Origin: Marsupella aquatica
Taxonomy: Eukaryota; Plantae; Marchantiophyta
NCBI GenBank assembly: GCA_973895155.1
Contig: OZ316894.1
Span: 22,291,867 to 22,355,866, forward strand
Direction of reading: 5' to 3'
DNA: 64,000 nt
The notes under the pieces: model-generated
The model's database searches: none
Told to the model about the DNA's origin: nothing
Seen by the model: the letters and a program-made list of their open reading frames with translations, nothing else
Translations under genes and position numbers: made by a program
In this document: one piece after another, positions 1 to 11,592 of the stretch
How positions within the stretch are numbered: position 1 is the stretch's first letter
How the letters are laid out: the number at the start of each line of letters is the position of its first letter

Positions 1-2764
1 TCTGATTCTTCTACCCGTTCTTCTATCTTGCTTTATTTTATTGTAAATCATGTATTGGATAAACCACATTGTGAATCCTCCTTCTTATTCGATTGTCAGA
101 GTAAACCGTCCGTTTAGTCTTCTTTTGTATGCTCACTGAAATTAAAGTTATGGGTGGTTCTCAGATTTAAACTATGTAATTGTTACGATTGAAATTATGT
201 GATTGTTACTAGCACTCATAAAGGTAGCAACTCCTCCTATGTATAAAGTTTCAACTACTCACCAGCAAGGAGTTTAAAGTTTATGGCTATTTGGGGGTTA
301 GTATGGGCTGCAATCCTTGCGTTTACTACCCTTGAGAATATAATATACCCCTAACCCATGGAGTACCCGACACAAGCAAGAATATGTAGATTGAAAGACT
401 GAGTGTATTGAGATTTGCATCCTTGTTAACGTCTATTTTGCGTATGTATGCAGCCCTACGCGTTTATGCATGGGATGGTATAGGGTGTATCTATGTGTAA
501 TATATATGTAATCAATTAAAAGGGAATTTTTTGAGGTGTACCTCAAAATATCGCAGGTGATGGGGGGTGGGGGTGGGGAGGCTCCACATACATAATGAGA
601 CCCGTAAGTTGCTGTCACATATATAAACCCAGCATGGACAAGGACATTTTTAATGCTTCCCACCTCCACACCAAGCAATATAGCATGCTCATCCTGGAAC
701 ATGCTTAATTTTTTTGTCTTGTAGTGATCTGAAAGTAAATAAAATATGAGAGCATAGAAGTGCTGTTATATAAGTAAAGTGTCTGCCAAGAAAAGCACAG
801 TGACCAAGAAAAGGTACAGTCAAACGATGCTATGATGTGTGCACTTAACTCAGGGTGCCTTATGAATGACACTCCTTTCAATAAAAACCATAAACCTGGG
901 AAAGAAAAACACGGGGAGAACTTAAGAGGCTATGCATTCATGTTCTTCAGCATCATTTCTCTCACTCGTGGTGGTGGAGCCTTTGGTTTCATCTCTAAGA
1001 AAACACATACTGTGAAAGGGGGCTGCCAAAATAAGTTCAAAACACTCTAGAATACCTAAAACTAAAGGGGTCTAAAAATTAATTAAAAATGTATAGAATA
1101 CAAAGGCTGCCCCTTGATAAGGCAGATTGAAATGAAAATACATGACACAAAAATCTGAATAAGACAAAATCTGATATGTGCATTCACCATATAGCAGCTT
1201 CAGTAAGGGCTTAATTCTTTGGGACAAATTCCCTGTTGCCCTATCCACAAGTTAATAACCTGCCCATTGCCAAGCCTCCAACTCCAACCCATGAATGAAT
1301 GAAACTAAATATTTTCACTGGTCACAGGGTTCCCTTATGAGGTCTATCTGACTTCAACTTCAACCTATAAATGAATAAAAGTAAAGAGTCGCTCACCCAA
1401 CCACAATAGTCTCTCTCTAAGTGCACACTCTATAAGTGAAAACCCTGGATAGATGCAAGACATCCCTTTATTCATCTTTTTCCATGGAGTTTGAACTTTT
1501 CTGTGCCAACATGCCAATTGAAAGTACTTTTCCTAATGAAAACTTAATGAGAGAAAACTCTTGATAGCTGTACTGACCACTTATCGGCAAGTGCACAATT
1601 CCATCAACTAACGCTGTCTTACAGATGTGAGCATGACAATTTTTTGTAGAGAAAAATTGCACTTATGGGTTGGGGATCATTTTTAGGGCAGGAATGTACA
1701 ATTTTAGAGTGGGAGCCCATTGCACATGGAAGGAAGCACTATAGCTCTTCTCAATAAATGCACAATTCTACCTTTTTGCAGTTACTTATCACCTTAGTAA
1801 GTCAAACCCACGGTAATTAAGTGATCGGCTTAGGGTGACCTTAGCCATTGGTTGCTTTCTCTCTCCCTCCTGGTGCTGATTCCTGTTGGATCCGTGAGAG
1901 CTCACCCTGAAATGGGTTCCCTACCATGAATGTAAGTCACTATTGGGGTGGGGAGAGCCTACTAAGAGCCAACTTGCATGTGAGTGGCCCTCCATTTGCT
2001 GGCCCTCAAACTGATTCATGGCAGAATATAATTAAGTGACCAAGAGGACAATGCCTTACCCCACTCCCTTACCAGGCCTTACTGCAATCAAATTAGGAGT
2101 TACAAGAAACTTGAGGTCCCAACCACAGACTCCAGGATAAAAAAAAAGCCCCAACGGGACACATGCTTTGAAACTCTGGCTGCCATTGCAAACTTTACAA
2201 TGAGCCAGGGAAAGATACTGTCTGCTGTCAATGAAATGAGATCTGGTTTTTCACTAACCTTTAATTTGTGAATGTTGAGCGCCGTGTTGTTGAGGACCTT
2301 CAACTGCCAGTTGGCTCTAAGGGCTGTCTTGCAAGTGGAAGCTCTTAAAAAAAGGGGCCCTTACCAACCCAATTTTTTTGTGAAAAAGTGAGAACTCAAG
2401 AGAACTCAAATCTGCACATAATCAGAGAGGGAATTGGGTTTGACTTGCACACTCACTCCCATGTCTTTCCTTGTCCTTTCCACCCCTTGATTCTACATGG
2501 GATTCTCAGGGCAGTATGAGTCTATAGTTTTTGTTTTATTCACTTTTGAAGGTTTGGGACCTCAAGCGCTGGAAATCCAGCCCTTGGCCCTTGATTTTCC
2601 ACCAAATACGCCATCGGGACTGCCTAACTGTAACAAAGGATCTTGCACATGCAAGACTGACATAAGTGTTATTCCTCATTTCTGTTCAAGACCAAAAAAA
2701 ACTATGAAGCTTTGAGAGTACCAATTTGGTGCACCACCAGAGAAAAAAGGGGAAGGAAGGAAGG

Positions 2765-2807
2765 CACGTGTTAAGAAGAAGAAAAGAAGAAGAAAGGAAG
2801 GCACGTG
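2765..2807. promoter_or_regulatory. Two G-box/ABRE-type CACGTG motifs within a duplicated GAAGGAAGGCACGTGTT unit upstream of the 3162 gene
   Basis: CACGTG at 2765-2770 and 2802-2807, about 360-400 bp upstream of ATG 3162. Function is inferred. Confidence 0.4.
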
Positions 2808-3062
2808 TTCATCTGCAAAAATGAGGGCCCATCTCAAGGTGGAGAAGGTGAAGAAGACACACAAGAGTCGCCTCGCCTCAATCATGCCCCACAAGCCACA
2901 ACGCTCCACCAGGACCCTTTCTCACGGGCCCCAGAAAGGAAGAAGATAGGGAGGGGAGTCCCAACCTTTCACACGACACGCATCCTCTCTGCCCTGTCAC
3001 TACTCACTGCGCTTTGCTCTCGAACTGCACTTCAATTTGTTTTGTGGGCTTTGACAAGGATT

Positions 3063-3064
<2 letters not shown>

Positions 3065-3107
<43 letters not shown>
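3065..3107 (+). repeat. (GA)n microsatellite, about 21 units, in the probable 5' leader/promoter
   Basis: Perfect GA run, directly visible. Confidence 0.97.
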
Positions 3108-3110
<3 letters not shown>

Positions 3111-3161
3111 AGGTGATGAGACTCATCGAACATCGATGCAGGTAGTGGTGCGCTCATAGAT

Positions 3162-3788
3162 ATGGTGACAGCAGCAGGGGTGTCAAATTTGGGGTTGGAC
3201 TCTGTGGGTATGCTTCTCTCGATTCCAAGATGGAGCCCAACTGGTGGGCTGGCTAGGAGAGGATCGTCAAGAGCTGGAGGATTGGGAGGAACGATTGGCA
3301 GAGGGGGAGAGAGGTGCGTCGGTGAGAGGTTGAACAGAGGAGGAAGTTTTGTGCAGAGGTGGAGGAGGAGGAGAAGGGGAATGTTCGATGGTTTTACCAC
3401 CTTTAGGGCCACTGCAGCAGATGATGTAGAGCAAGACGAGGAGGTGGAGGAGGAGGACACAGACGAAACTGCTGCCTCCTCCTCTTCTTCGGTGCATAGG
3501 CATGCTGAATTTTCTTCCAAGGAGATTCCCAAAATCCCCCAAATCTCCAAAGTAGAGCTGCAACAACAACGGACGAGCGGTGGAAAACTTCCTCGGACTC
3601 GGGCTCGCACTCCCAACATACTCTCCAGTATAGTAGAAGAGTGGACAAGTTTTACGTCTGTACGTGAGAAAGGGGACGTGCGAGATGTCGTATTGATGAG
3701 TCTCTCTTTCGCGGTTCTGATTTACATCTCCCAGCACCTTGTGCATGCCTACTGCACGTTTAGACATATGTATTTCAATCACTATTGA
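3162..3788 (+). CDS. Single-exon 208-aa protein of unknown function; Arg/Gly/Ser-rich N-terminus (possible plastid transit peptide), acidic tract and C-terminal hydrophobic helix
   Basis: Long GC-rich ORF after a GA-repeat leader. C-terminal segment DVVLMSLSFAVLIYISQHLVHAYC is transmembrane-like. No family recognised. Confidence 0.75.
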   Translation: MVTAAGVSNLGLDSVGMLLSIPRWSPTGGLARRGSSRAGGLGGTIGRGGERCVGERLNRGGSFVQRWRRRRRGMFDGFTTFRATAADDVEQDEEVEEEDTDETAASSSSSVHRHAEFSSKEIPKIPQISKVELQQQRTSGGKLPRTRARTPNILSSIVEEWTSFTSVREKGDVRDVVLMSLSFAVLIYISQHLVHAYCTFRHMYFNHY

Positions 3789-6700
3789 GATTCTTGTTAT
3801 TTCCTCTCATGAAGCGCTTGTACTCATTCCTGCCAATATACTGTATAGTAGCTGCTTGGATGTCCGTTTCCGCGGTCATAATTCTTTGAGTTTGCCGCCC
3901 TGAAATTTTTGTGCCAGGATCGTTGATTGCTTACTGGATTTTTGCCTGCTCTCCTGAAATCCATGTGATGGGCTTCGATTTAGTCGCGTGCAAAGGACAA
4001 CTGTTCCTTGACTATGGATTTTCCCAAGGATAATAGTCCCCTCTGCTGTAGTTCTTGTGGATGTAAGCGAATTTCTGTTTAAATGCCAATTATATTCTAT
4101 TTTGGTGTTTGCCTCGGGCGCACTATTTCTCCAGTGTTCCTGTTTCCGGGCCTCCGTTGAGTTATTGACTTGAAAGCTACCTTACGAAGGGTATGTAGAA
4201 CTCGATCTGGTTGAAACTTTTTTTGGAGAATCAATTTTTGGGTCAGCAGATTCCAATGTGGATTCTGTTGTTTAGGGTCAGGTGTCCAAGGATATTCCAT
4301 AAGTCCTTGCGCCCTTTACTTTTCTGTGGCTTTTCAATCGTTGAAAATCTGGTTGCAATGAATTAAGCAGACCTATCACAATATCTATCAGACCGGGGTC
4401 TTTGTGGGACATGGACGAAGGTATTGTGTCTTTGGTAATGGTCTCACTTCGACTCAGGCAGAGGTAACAATTTTTTGAAGTGCCTTAACAGACAACGTTG
4501 TAAAATTTTCAAATTTGCGGTGTTATCACTCACATTTTAATGTGGCTGACTGGATCTATCGAGCTCACATGTAGGAAACCTCGATGCGAAAACCCTAGTG
4601 TTATTTGAACTCCCTGAAGGTCATTCCAGTACATTTGGAAAAGCTACTAGTCCTTGCACTTTAAAATCATGTCTATGCTTCCTTTACATTTCCGGTACTA
4701 ACTGTCATTAAAATCTCGGAAAGTTGATCCTGTACATTTGGAAGACCTTATAATCCGTGCAATTTACATTCATGTCTGCACCTGCTTCACACTTTGGGCT
4801 AAACCTTTCTTCCCAATTTTGATTTCCTCTTGACTCGAGTCGGATGAATATGATTGCAATTCTATGCCTGAGTTTGGCAACAATGGCAAGGAGCAAGTCA
4901 CAATTCATCAATTAACAACGTACTAAAGTGATCTATCGGATTTTTATCCTATCCTTGATCTGCGGTTAGAGACAATTTGGAGTTATTCTTGTGATGGGCT
5001 CACCTGCTAGGTGTTGTTGTGGATTCTGAGCTTGCAGCTCTACTTTGAGAACAGCAATATCCACGGTCTTGGATATGTTTCATAGAACGAAGCTCTCTAG
5101 TGATTCAAATGGAGAGCTTGATGCTACCGATCAGTTCCTATGCCCGTTCCCATTAAGGGTTTTGTTGGTCTTGGACTACCCCCATGAATGACAAACTTTG
5201 GGGTAGTTAGCTGGAGAAATTGCACAATACGGCGACCAGTTGATGGCTCTTTTGGGAGTCCTTGCAGGAGGAATAGCTGGAGTCTCACCTGCTGTTTTTG
5301 AGGACGCTCCCTCCAAATACTGAGGTTTGTTCAAGAGACACTACTCATTGTGTTGTCATTGCCAAATGTATGTTCCTTGATCGGGCTTCCTGGAAAACCG
5401 AACAATGAAAATCAATGAGACTAGGAGCAGTAGGATAGGAAGAGGCGCGTGAACTATTGGTTTCTTGCGAAAGATACGAACTTTGCAAGTATTGAACATT
5501 AGAGGATTCTGTAACCATCAATAGATTATGAAAAGCCACCCTCTAATCGGCTCTGTTCTGCTCCAAGCTGTTGGACCCTTCTAAGACGCTCCGTTGGCAA
5601 TACAGGTTTCCTTGTACCTCAGTACTAGCTGCCAGCAGAAGCCTATTGTACACAAGAAATCTAGTGGAGCCCAATCTGGCCAGAGAAAGTGAAGTCTTAA
5701 CCCTCCCCTGGTCTCATTTGGTTCAAGCTCGTCGTCAACAGCTTGCAGCCGTTGTGGTGCTTCTGGACTAGCAAGCACTCCGATCAATGTCGGTGCTGTC
5801 TCTTAGAGTTGCAGTTCAGGCTAGAGCCATGCTCGGAACTTTTTCTGTTCCTTTCTCTATACAAGCTCAGCTTGCACAAAGGAAAGGGAAGTCGTCCCTT
5901 GATGCAAGACGGAGCTTGCAAATTAAGAATTCAGCCTCACTAGAGCCTCCCACGCTCTCTAAAGTCAGAATGACATTTTTTAAAAATAGAGGTAAACTGC
6001 GGCAGAATTATGTTGAGAGAGTGGCAAGAAAGTTGAAAGCAGACACTGTGGAAAGCCGGCTTTCCCCAAACTTCGATGTTCATATTTTCAATATGTCAGA
6101 GTTGCTAACCTCGATGTTCATGTTTTCAACATGTCAGAGTTGAGCATTTGTAGCCCAAGGGTTGTTTTGATTTTGTCGATCAAAGTACTCTTGTGCATAT
6201 TAACTTGTTTAGTACCTGACGCTATGCAATAGCAGCGCTAGAGCGTTTCTCTCGTTTACTTCGAGATGTTAGTTGCAGAGAGAGCGGATGGCAGGGCCAA
6301 GATTCGTCCTCCTTCAAAATGGAGAATGAATTTTGCTTGAGGTACAGAGTTGAAACTTCAGAGGTAGGCATCGATCCATAGTGGAGTAGCCATGAAAATT
6401 CCAGGCTGGAGGGTAATTGAACAGAATCCATGGACCTGGATGATTCATGTAACTTTGTGGTCTGGCAGGTACGCTGGGACGAAGATTGCACTTGGTGTGA
6501 TCGGAGTCGAATTTGCTTAGGCACCCACCTTCTGCCGGCGGGCGAGAAACCAAAAACAACACTGGGGACAAGAAGAGGATGAGAATGCAGAGGCTGGAAC
6601 ATTTATTTCCACGGCTCTGATTGATTCGTTAGGCCCACTGGTGGAATGTTACAAACTTGAATTATGCAATCACGCCAAAAGCTGGACTATTGTTGACACG

Positions 6701-7240
6701 GTCCCAGCGGTGACTGCGAGGGTAGCAACTGATGTATTGTCGCTCAGTTTAGTAGACCCTGCAGCTACTCTCAAGGAGTGGTTCACCAAAATAATAATAT
6801 CGTTAGCCAGTTACGCGATTTAAGCAAACACGTTGTAGGGAAAGGGCAGGGACACCTCAAATTTTCCACAATCATAACTAAACTCTTCCGGTTTTATTTG
6901 TTAATTTGATCGCATGACTGAAGCACATCCAAACAGAAAGTTTGGCCAAGGTTTCCAAGTCCGATATTTGGATTGGTCTAAGTTGATCTCAAACTGGGAT
7001 CCGAGGTCGCTTGGGGAGGTTTCAGTCAAAGTTTGATACCCAGTCGGTGATCATTCAACCCGTGAAGTCTCTCCTACTTTGAGGCCAGAAAATTTGGTAA
7101 CAAGCAATTTGATCTAGCAATTTGATTAACACCTCTAGCTAGCGTACATTAGCTGTTGAGGTCCAAGGAATAAGAATCTAGGTTTTTCGTAAGTCTCACA
7201 TAATTTGCACAGGTCAAACTTGGTCGATGGATATATGTAC

Positions 7241-9895
7241 CATATAATCGCTCTTGCAATGTCCCTCCCCTGAGAAATTCGTAAACCAATATGTATCCAC
7301 CCTCTTCTTCACTGTACCCGACCAGAGACACTAGATATGGATGTTTACATCGCGAAAGTATCTCGACCTGCAGGGAACAATATATACAAATCATGTCACA
7401 TGACATCTGAGTAGTCTGCGGGCAGGTATATATGCAGCTGATTCAATTTCTCTGATACAACGCCGCATCAACTGAACCATCATGAGGAAAGTTTCAGTGG
7501 GAATGTACTTTCATCTGTGGTTCACTGGAGGTGAGATAACATAGTTAGTAGCTAGTTTAAGCTTAATGATAGATTATCTATTTTAGTAGATTGCTGTAAG
7601 TTGGACTGAACATTTGCTCAATCCTCAGTAGAGTTGTTTCGGAAGTTGAAAGTTCATGTTGGCAGGGTCTCACGGTCCAGGCAATATTCATGCTCTGGCA
7701 AGCTCGTCTGGACATTCTCTGAAGATATATGTCCTACTATAGGTCTAAGGAGTCAGGAGCTCTTCAGAAATTTCGTAGAATCAGTTATGGAGCCTCGCCC
7801 CTGGTTCAAGTACCAGTAGGCACTTGCTTGAACGATCTCCATCCCCAGATCGCTGCACATTAGATCGGAAATGGGATGTGTATACAGCTGACTGCGATGT
7901 GATCGACTGCATTTAAATGTCGGGTTTAATGTTGTGGAGATCATGCAGTGTTATTTGTAAATTGGAGAAGGCTAGCTACAGTACGTACCTCAGTCGCAAA
8001 CTCACGAGCTCCTTGGCGAGAGTCCTTGGCCTGGACCTTGACAGCCACTTCCATCTGGTTCCATGGAAGCTTGCCGAAATACACAGGGCTGGCCCGAACC
8101 CGCCTTGTCCAATCTTGAACCCAAAGTTGGGAGTGGCTTTCTTCACATCAGTTGCACGCATAGCTGTGGAAGCCCTCGACATATATATTTTATCAAAAGT
8201 GCTAATTCTGGAGGACTCTGAATATCCCATTGTAAGACAGCCCGAGAATGTGCATCATCCCGTCTGACTGGAATCAGTGCAATTTTCTCTCTTGTAGGCT
8301 AGTCCACATTGAAAATCACTGTTAGTCAGATGCAGTTTCATTCATCATGTAGTAGAATTTCTCTTTACAAGGTCCGGCTCATGTTCTTGAGTGAGTCTCT
8401 GAGGTTGCTTTAGAGAGCGAAGTAAAAATATTCTGAAAGCGTAATTCATTCAGATTGCAGCCCCGATTGCAACCATGCAAGGATTAGTGCAACAAGCTCA
8501 CGAACGTACCCTTTGGACTGGGCTGTGCGGAGACATGAACAACGCAGAAGAGGCATATTAAGCTGAAGACACTCTGAAGCTCAGTTGATCGTGTCCGAGA
8601 ACTACTCCAAAATGTACTGGATGGCCGCATATTCCTGTCGAACCGTTGTGGATCGCGACCCATTTCAGGTCAATTAAGAGATCTGCTTCGAAGAGCAAAC
8701 GGCGACGCAGCAGTCCCACAGCAAAGTCACTTACCGGTGAATATATATGTACAATTTACGCTCCAATCAACACAGCCAGTTCACAATAAATTCAGATATC
8801 AGCTGTCCGTAAATAAGCAATCTCGATCTCCGATCTTTAAATTCGTTTATTGACAAGATATATATTTTTTAAGGAGCATAGATTAGCTTGACCGTATTAC
8901 CTAGCTACTGCTTAACAACGAACTGTTCATGATTGAGCTCGAGATTGAGCTCTTCCACCTGATTTTCATGAATCTCGAATAATAATCCCTACCAGGAGGT
9001 ATCCGAGCAGTCCGTCGCAATTTGGAAAGGGCATGACTGCATGTCAACACACTTTTATGTATGCATTCATCAATTCCCATATGGCTTGCTGTTCCCACTC
9101 CTTGTGAGCTCGATCAGCTCAATTTACAGCAATACCCAAGCATTGATCACCTGATGTTCCAAAATCCCTCTCAGGATACCACCCTGATGGCATTGATGTA
9201 CATGGTGGTCCAGTCCGCTCAGTCGTCTTCCTGCCCATTGAATAGGGTTCTTCCAAAATGGAGTTGTGAGTATAAAGATCTAGCCTCGGTGGCGTTCGAA
9301 CAGTCTAGGAAAACCAGGGCAATGCACAGGCGAAAACTTTGCACTCGAGGATCTCCGAAACTTCGAAGACAGGTACAGTAGATACCGTGTGCAATCTAGC
9401 TGATTCCTAGCAGTGATCTAAAGTCGAAGTTACGTTCCATAACGTCTGATCACACTCCCATGGACCTCGATCAGTCAGCTCAACTCCGATCCTTGGTTGG
9501 GCCAATCTGCACTTTCCCTGGTGAGGTGGATCCTGATGCTAGAATTGCACCACCGTGATCCATGTGATATAATTGTCGACACAAAAGCTCCAGAATTCTC
9601 GAATGAGACTAGTGTCTCTCGATCTATCCGCGTATGGGAACATCTTGATGTTATCCACCGGGGGAACTTACTTAGAGCAAGTATAAGTATTTTAATAACC
9701 CACCAAGCTAGCAAGGTACGTAACCAGTTTACAACTGAGACAATCCGAACTACAGCTCAAAAATGATCCAAAGGCAGAAAAGGGCAAGAAGAAGAAGAAG
9801 AAGAAGCAATTACCTCGGCATGATCGAGCACACCAACAAGCAAGCGTTCAACTCAAGCTAGAAATGAATTCAGATAATTGGACATAGTTATCCTC
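7241..9895 (-). pseudogene. Decayed receptor-like Ser/Thr kinase (LRR-I/malectin-like RLK type), frameshifted and truncated
   Basis: The exon ending at 7989 reads ATDVKKATPNFGFKIGQGGFG, then a 5-bp insertion, then VYFGKLPWNQMEVAVKVQAKDSRQGAREFATE|gt. Exon 7367-7241 reads VEILSRCKHPYLVSLVGYSEEEGGYILVYEFLRGGTLQERLY|gt. Upstream there is a TM-like remnant near 8510-8580 and stop-ridden ectodomain-like remnants (MYINAIRV). I found no HRD/DFG exons downstream. The 5' boundary is uncertain. Confidence 0.8.
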
Positions 9896-10331
9896 TGACT
9901 GGGGTCAAGGCTACTTTCATATCTTACCCGGCGATAGACGAAGTTCTGATCAATCATGGAGAGGTGACCGATCGATCAGCTTATTATCACACATCTGCTG
10001 CATGGAGATTCGACACGGACCTTGTCCCGTTACTTTTCCACAGCTTTTTGCATCGTTGCATTGTAAGAACAACGTTCATTCAGGGGTTCAATCTATTGAA
10101 GTTAATCATTGATTATGACTCAGTGTGCATCGGGGATATCACCGGCTGTAAAAGACAAATTAATGAGGAATGCCAGGAGAAGAAATTAATGAACCTTGGA
10201 GAAATCTCCTGGAGTTTTGTTTGTCTGTTGGCCCGGCCACAGCTGTGACAAGACCCGGTTGTAACAAGTGATCCATCGCTTGCCCAGAGATTCAAGTTTG
10301 TACCAATTAAACCCTGAACGAGAAAATCCGT

Positions 10332-10612
10332 CTGCTGTGGAGTGGAGGGTGTGGAGTGGAGGGTATATGTGTGTGGGTGAGACGGGTTATGTGAATCTGT
10401 ATTTGTGGAGGGTATATGTGTGTGGGTGAGATGGGTTATGTGATGTATGTTGTGGATGGTATATGTGTGTGGGTGAGATGGGTTACGTGAATCTGTATGT
10501 ATGTTGTGGAGGGAATATGTGTGTGGGTGAGATGGGTTATGTGCATCTCTCCGGTGTGGAGGGTATATATGTGTGGGTGAGATGGTTGTGTATGGGTTAT
10601 GTGGGTGATGGA
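10332..10612 (+). repeat. GT-rich minisatellite, about 5-6 imperfect units of 45-55 bp (TGGAGGGTATATGTGTGTGGGTGAGATGGGTTATGTG...)
   Basis: Repeated units visible. The ORF track shows the repetitive peptide THLTHTHIPSTTYI. Confidence 0.92.
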
Positions 10613-11165
10613 TGGAGTTCTGATTATCAACCTCACCCCTGGTTGTCCACTGTGTATACCTGATTTAATACTCTCGTCCTCCTGGTGCGGGTCCCTTTCA
10701 GATCAATGGGGGCTTAGAACCCTGTAATGGGTTCCCTACAAAGAAAGGTCAATATTGGGGTGGGGAGAGTCTACTATATATATAAGTGTTATTCCTCTCT
10801 CTTTTTCCAGACCAGAAAGAAGAAGAACCTGTCTGACTTGCATGGTTTGTGGCTTTTGGGAAGATTGCAATCATGTAATAAATGCTCATTACTTAAATTA
10901 ACTGTGAGACCAGTTAAACTATGGACCACATTCATTGAAGGAGAGGAAGCACTCCAGGCAAGATGATAGCTTACAGGACAAGGCTATGGAAGTGGAGTCC
11001 TGCACAGAAGTGGGGCCATTGTCTTATATTAATTCCTTCTAGTACTAAACCTGGACCATATATTGAGTGGAAATAGCTGAAGTTGACTTTACAAGAACTT
11101 GGGGACATAAGGTACGTTTATGGCAAATGCGCACAGAGGGAAGAAATAGCAGCATAAGGTTGAGA

Positions 11166-11385
11166 GAATTTTCCTTCCCAGGATAAAGCAGATTGCTGGT
11201 TTATACGACTCACTGAGTGTTGCAGCCAGGTACACATGGAAGAATTTTCCTTACCAGGATAACCAGATTGTTGATTATATGACTCACTGAGTGTTGCAGC
11301 CAGGTACATATGGAAGAATTTTCCTTACCAAGATAAACCGGATTGTTGTTTTATACAACTCACTGAGTGTGGCAGCCAGGTACAT
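11166..11385 (+). repeat. Tandem repeat, 3 copies of about 75 bp
   Basis: GAATTTTCCTT..CAGGATAA...ACTCACTGAGTGTTGCAGCCAGGTACA occurs three times in succession. Confidence 0.93.
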
Positions 11386-11427
11386 CAGAGACTCACTTTT
11401 TGACGTGTAGGTACCAGGACGCATTAA

Positions 11428-11592
11428 ACCACAACTGCCCTTCAAAAGCTACGGGTTACCTGTAGTTACCATTAAAAGGAGATTTTTCTTGAAATTGTGG
11501 AGTAAACTCACATGCTAGAAGAGAACAGTGATTGAAATGTGGAAAAAGGAGGAGGTCTTGGACACTTCCCTTTATATAGGGCAAGTTGTGGT
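11428..11592. mobile_element. About 165-bp MITE, copy 1, with TIR ACCACAACT(T)GCCC and flanked by TTAA
   Basis: TTAA|ACCACAACTGCCC ... GGGCAAGTTGTGGT|TTAA. Internal sequence is homologous to 36476-36639. Confidence 0.8.

Noticed and set aside
3032-3782. Long minus-strand ORFs (3032-3619, 3267-3782)
   Set aside because: Antisense shadows of the GC-rich 3162-3788 gene and the GA repeat, giving low-complexity translations.
4700-6800. Coding-like sequence and several 60-126 aa ORFs downstream of the RLK remnant
   Set aside because: No kinase (HRD/DFG/APE) or other recognisable motifs, and stops in the frames I examined. Possibly decayed coding sequence but not assignable.
11166-11385. Regular repeats that could suggest a CRISPR array
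   Set aside because: Units are contiguous with no unique spacers, the context is eukaryotic, and there are no cas genes.
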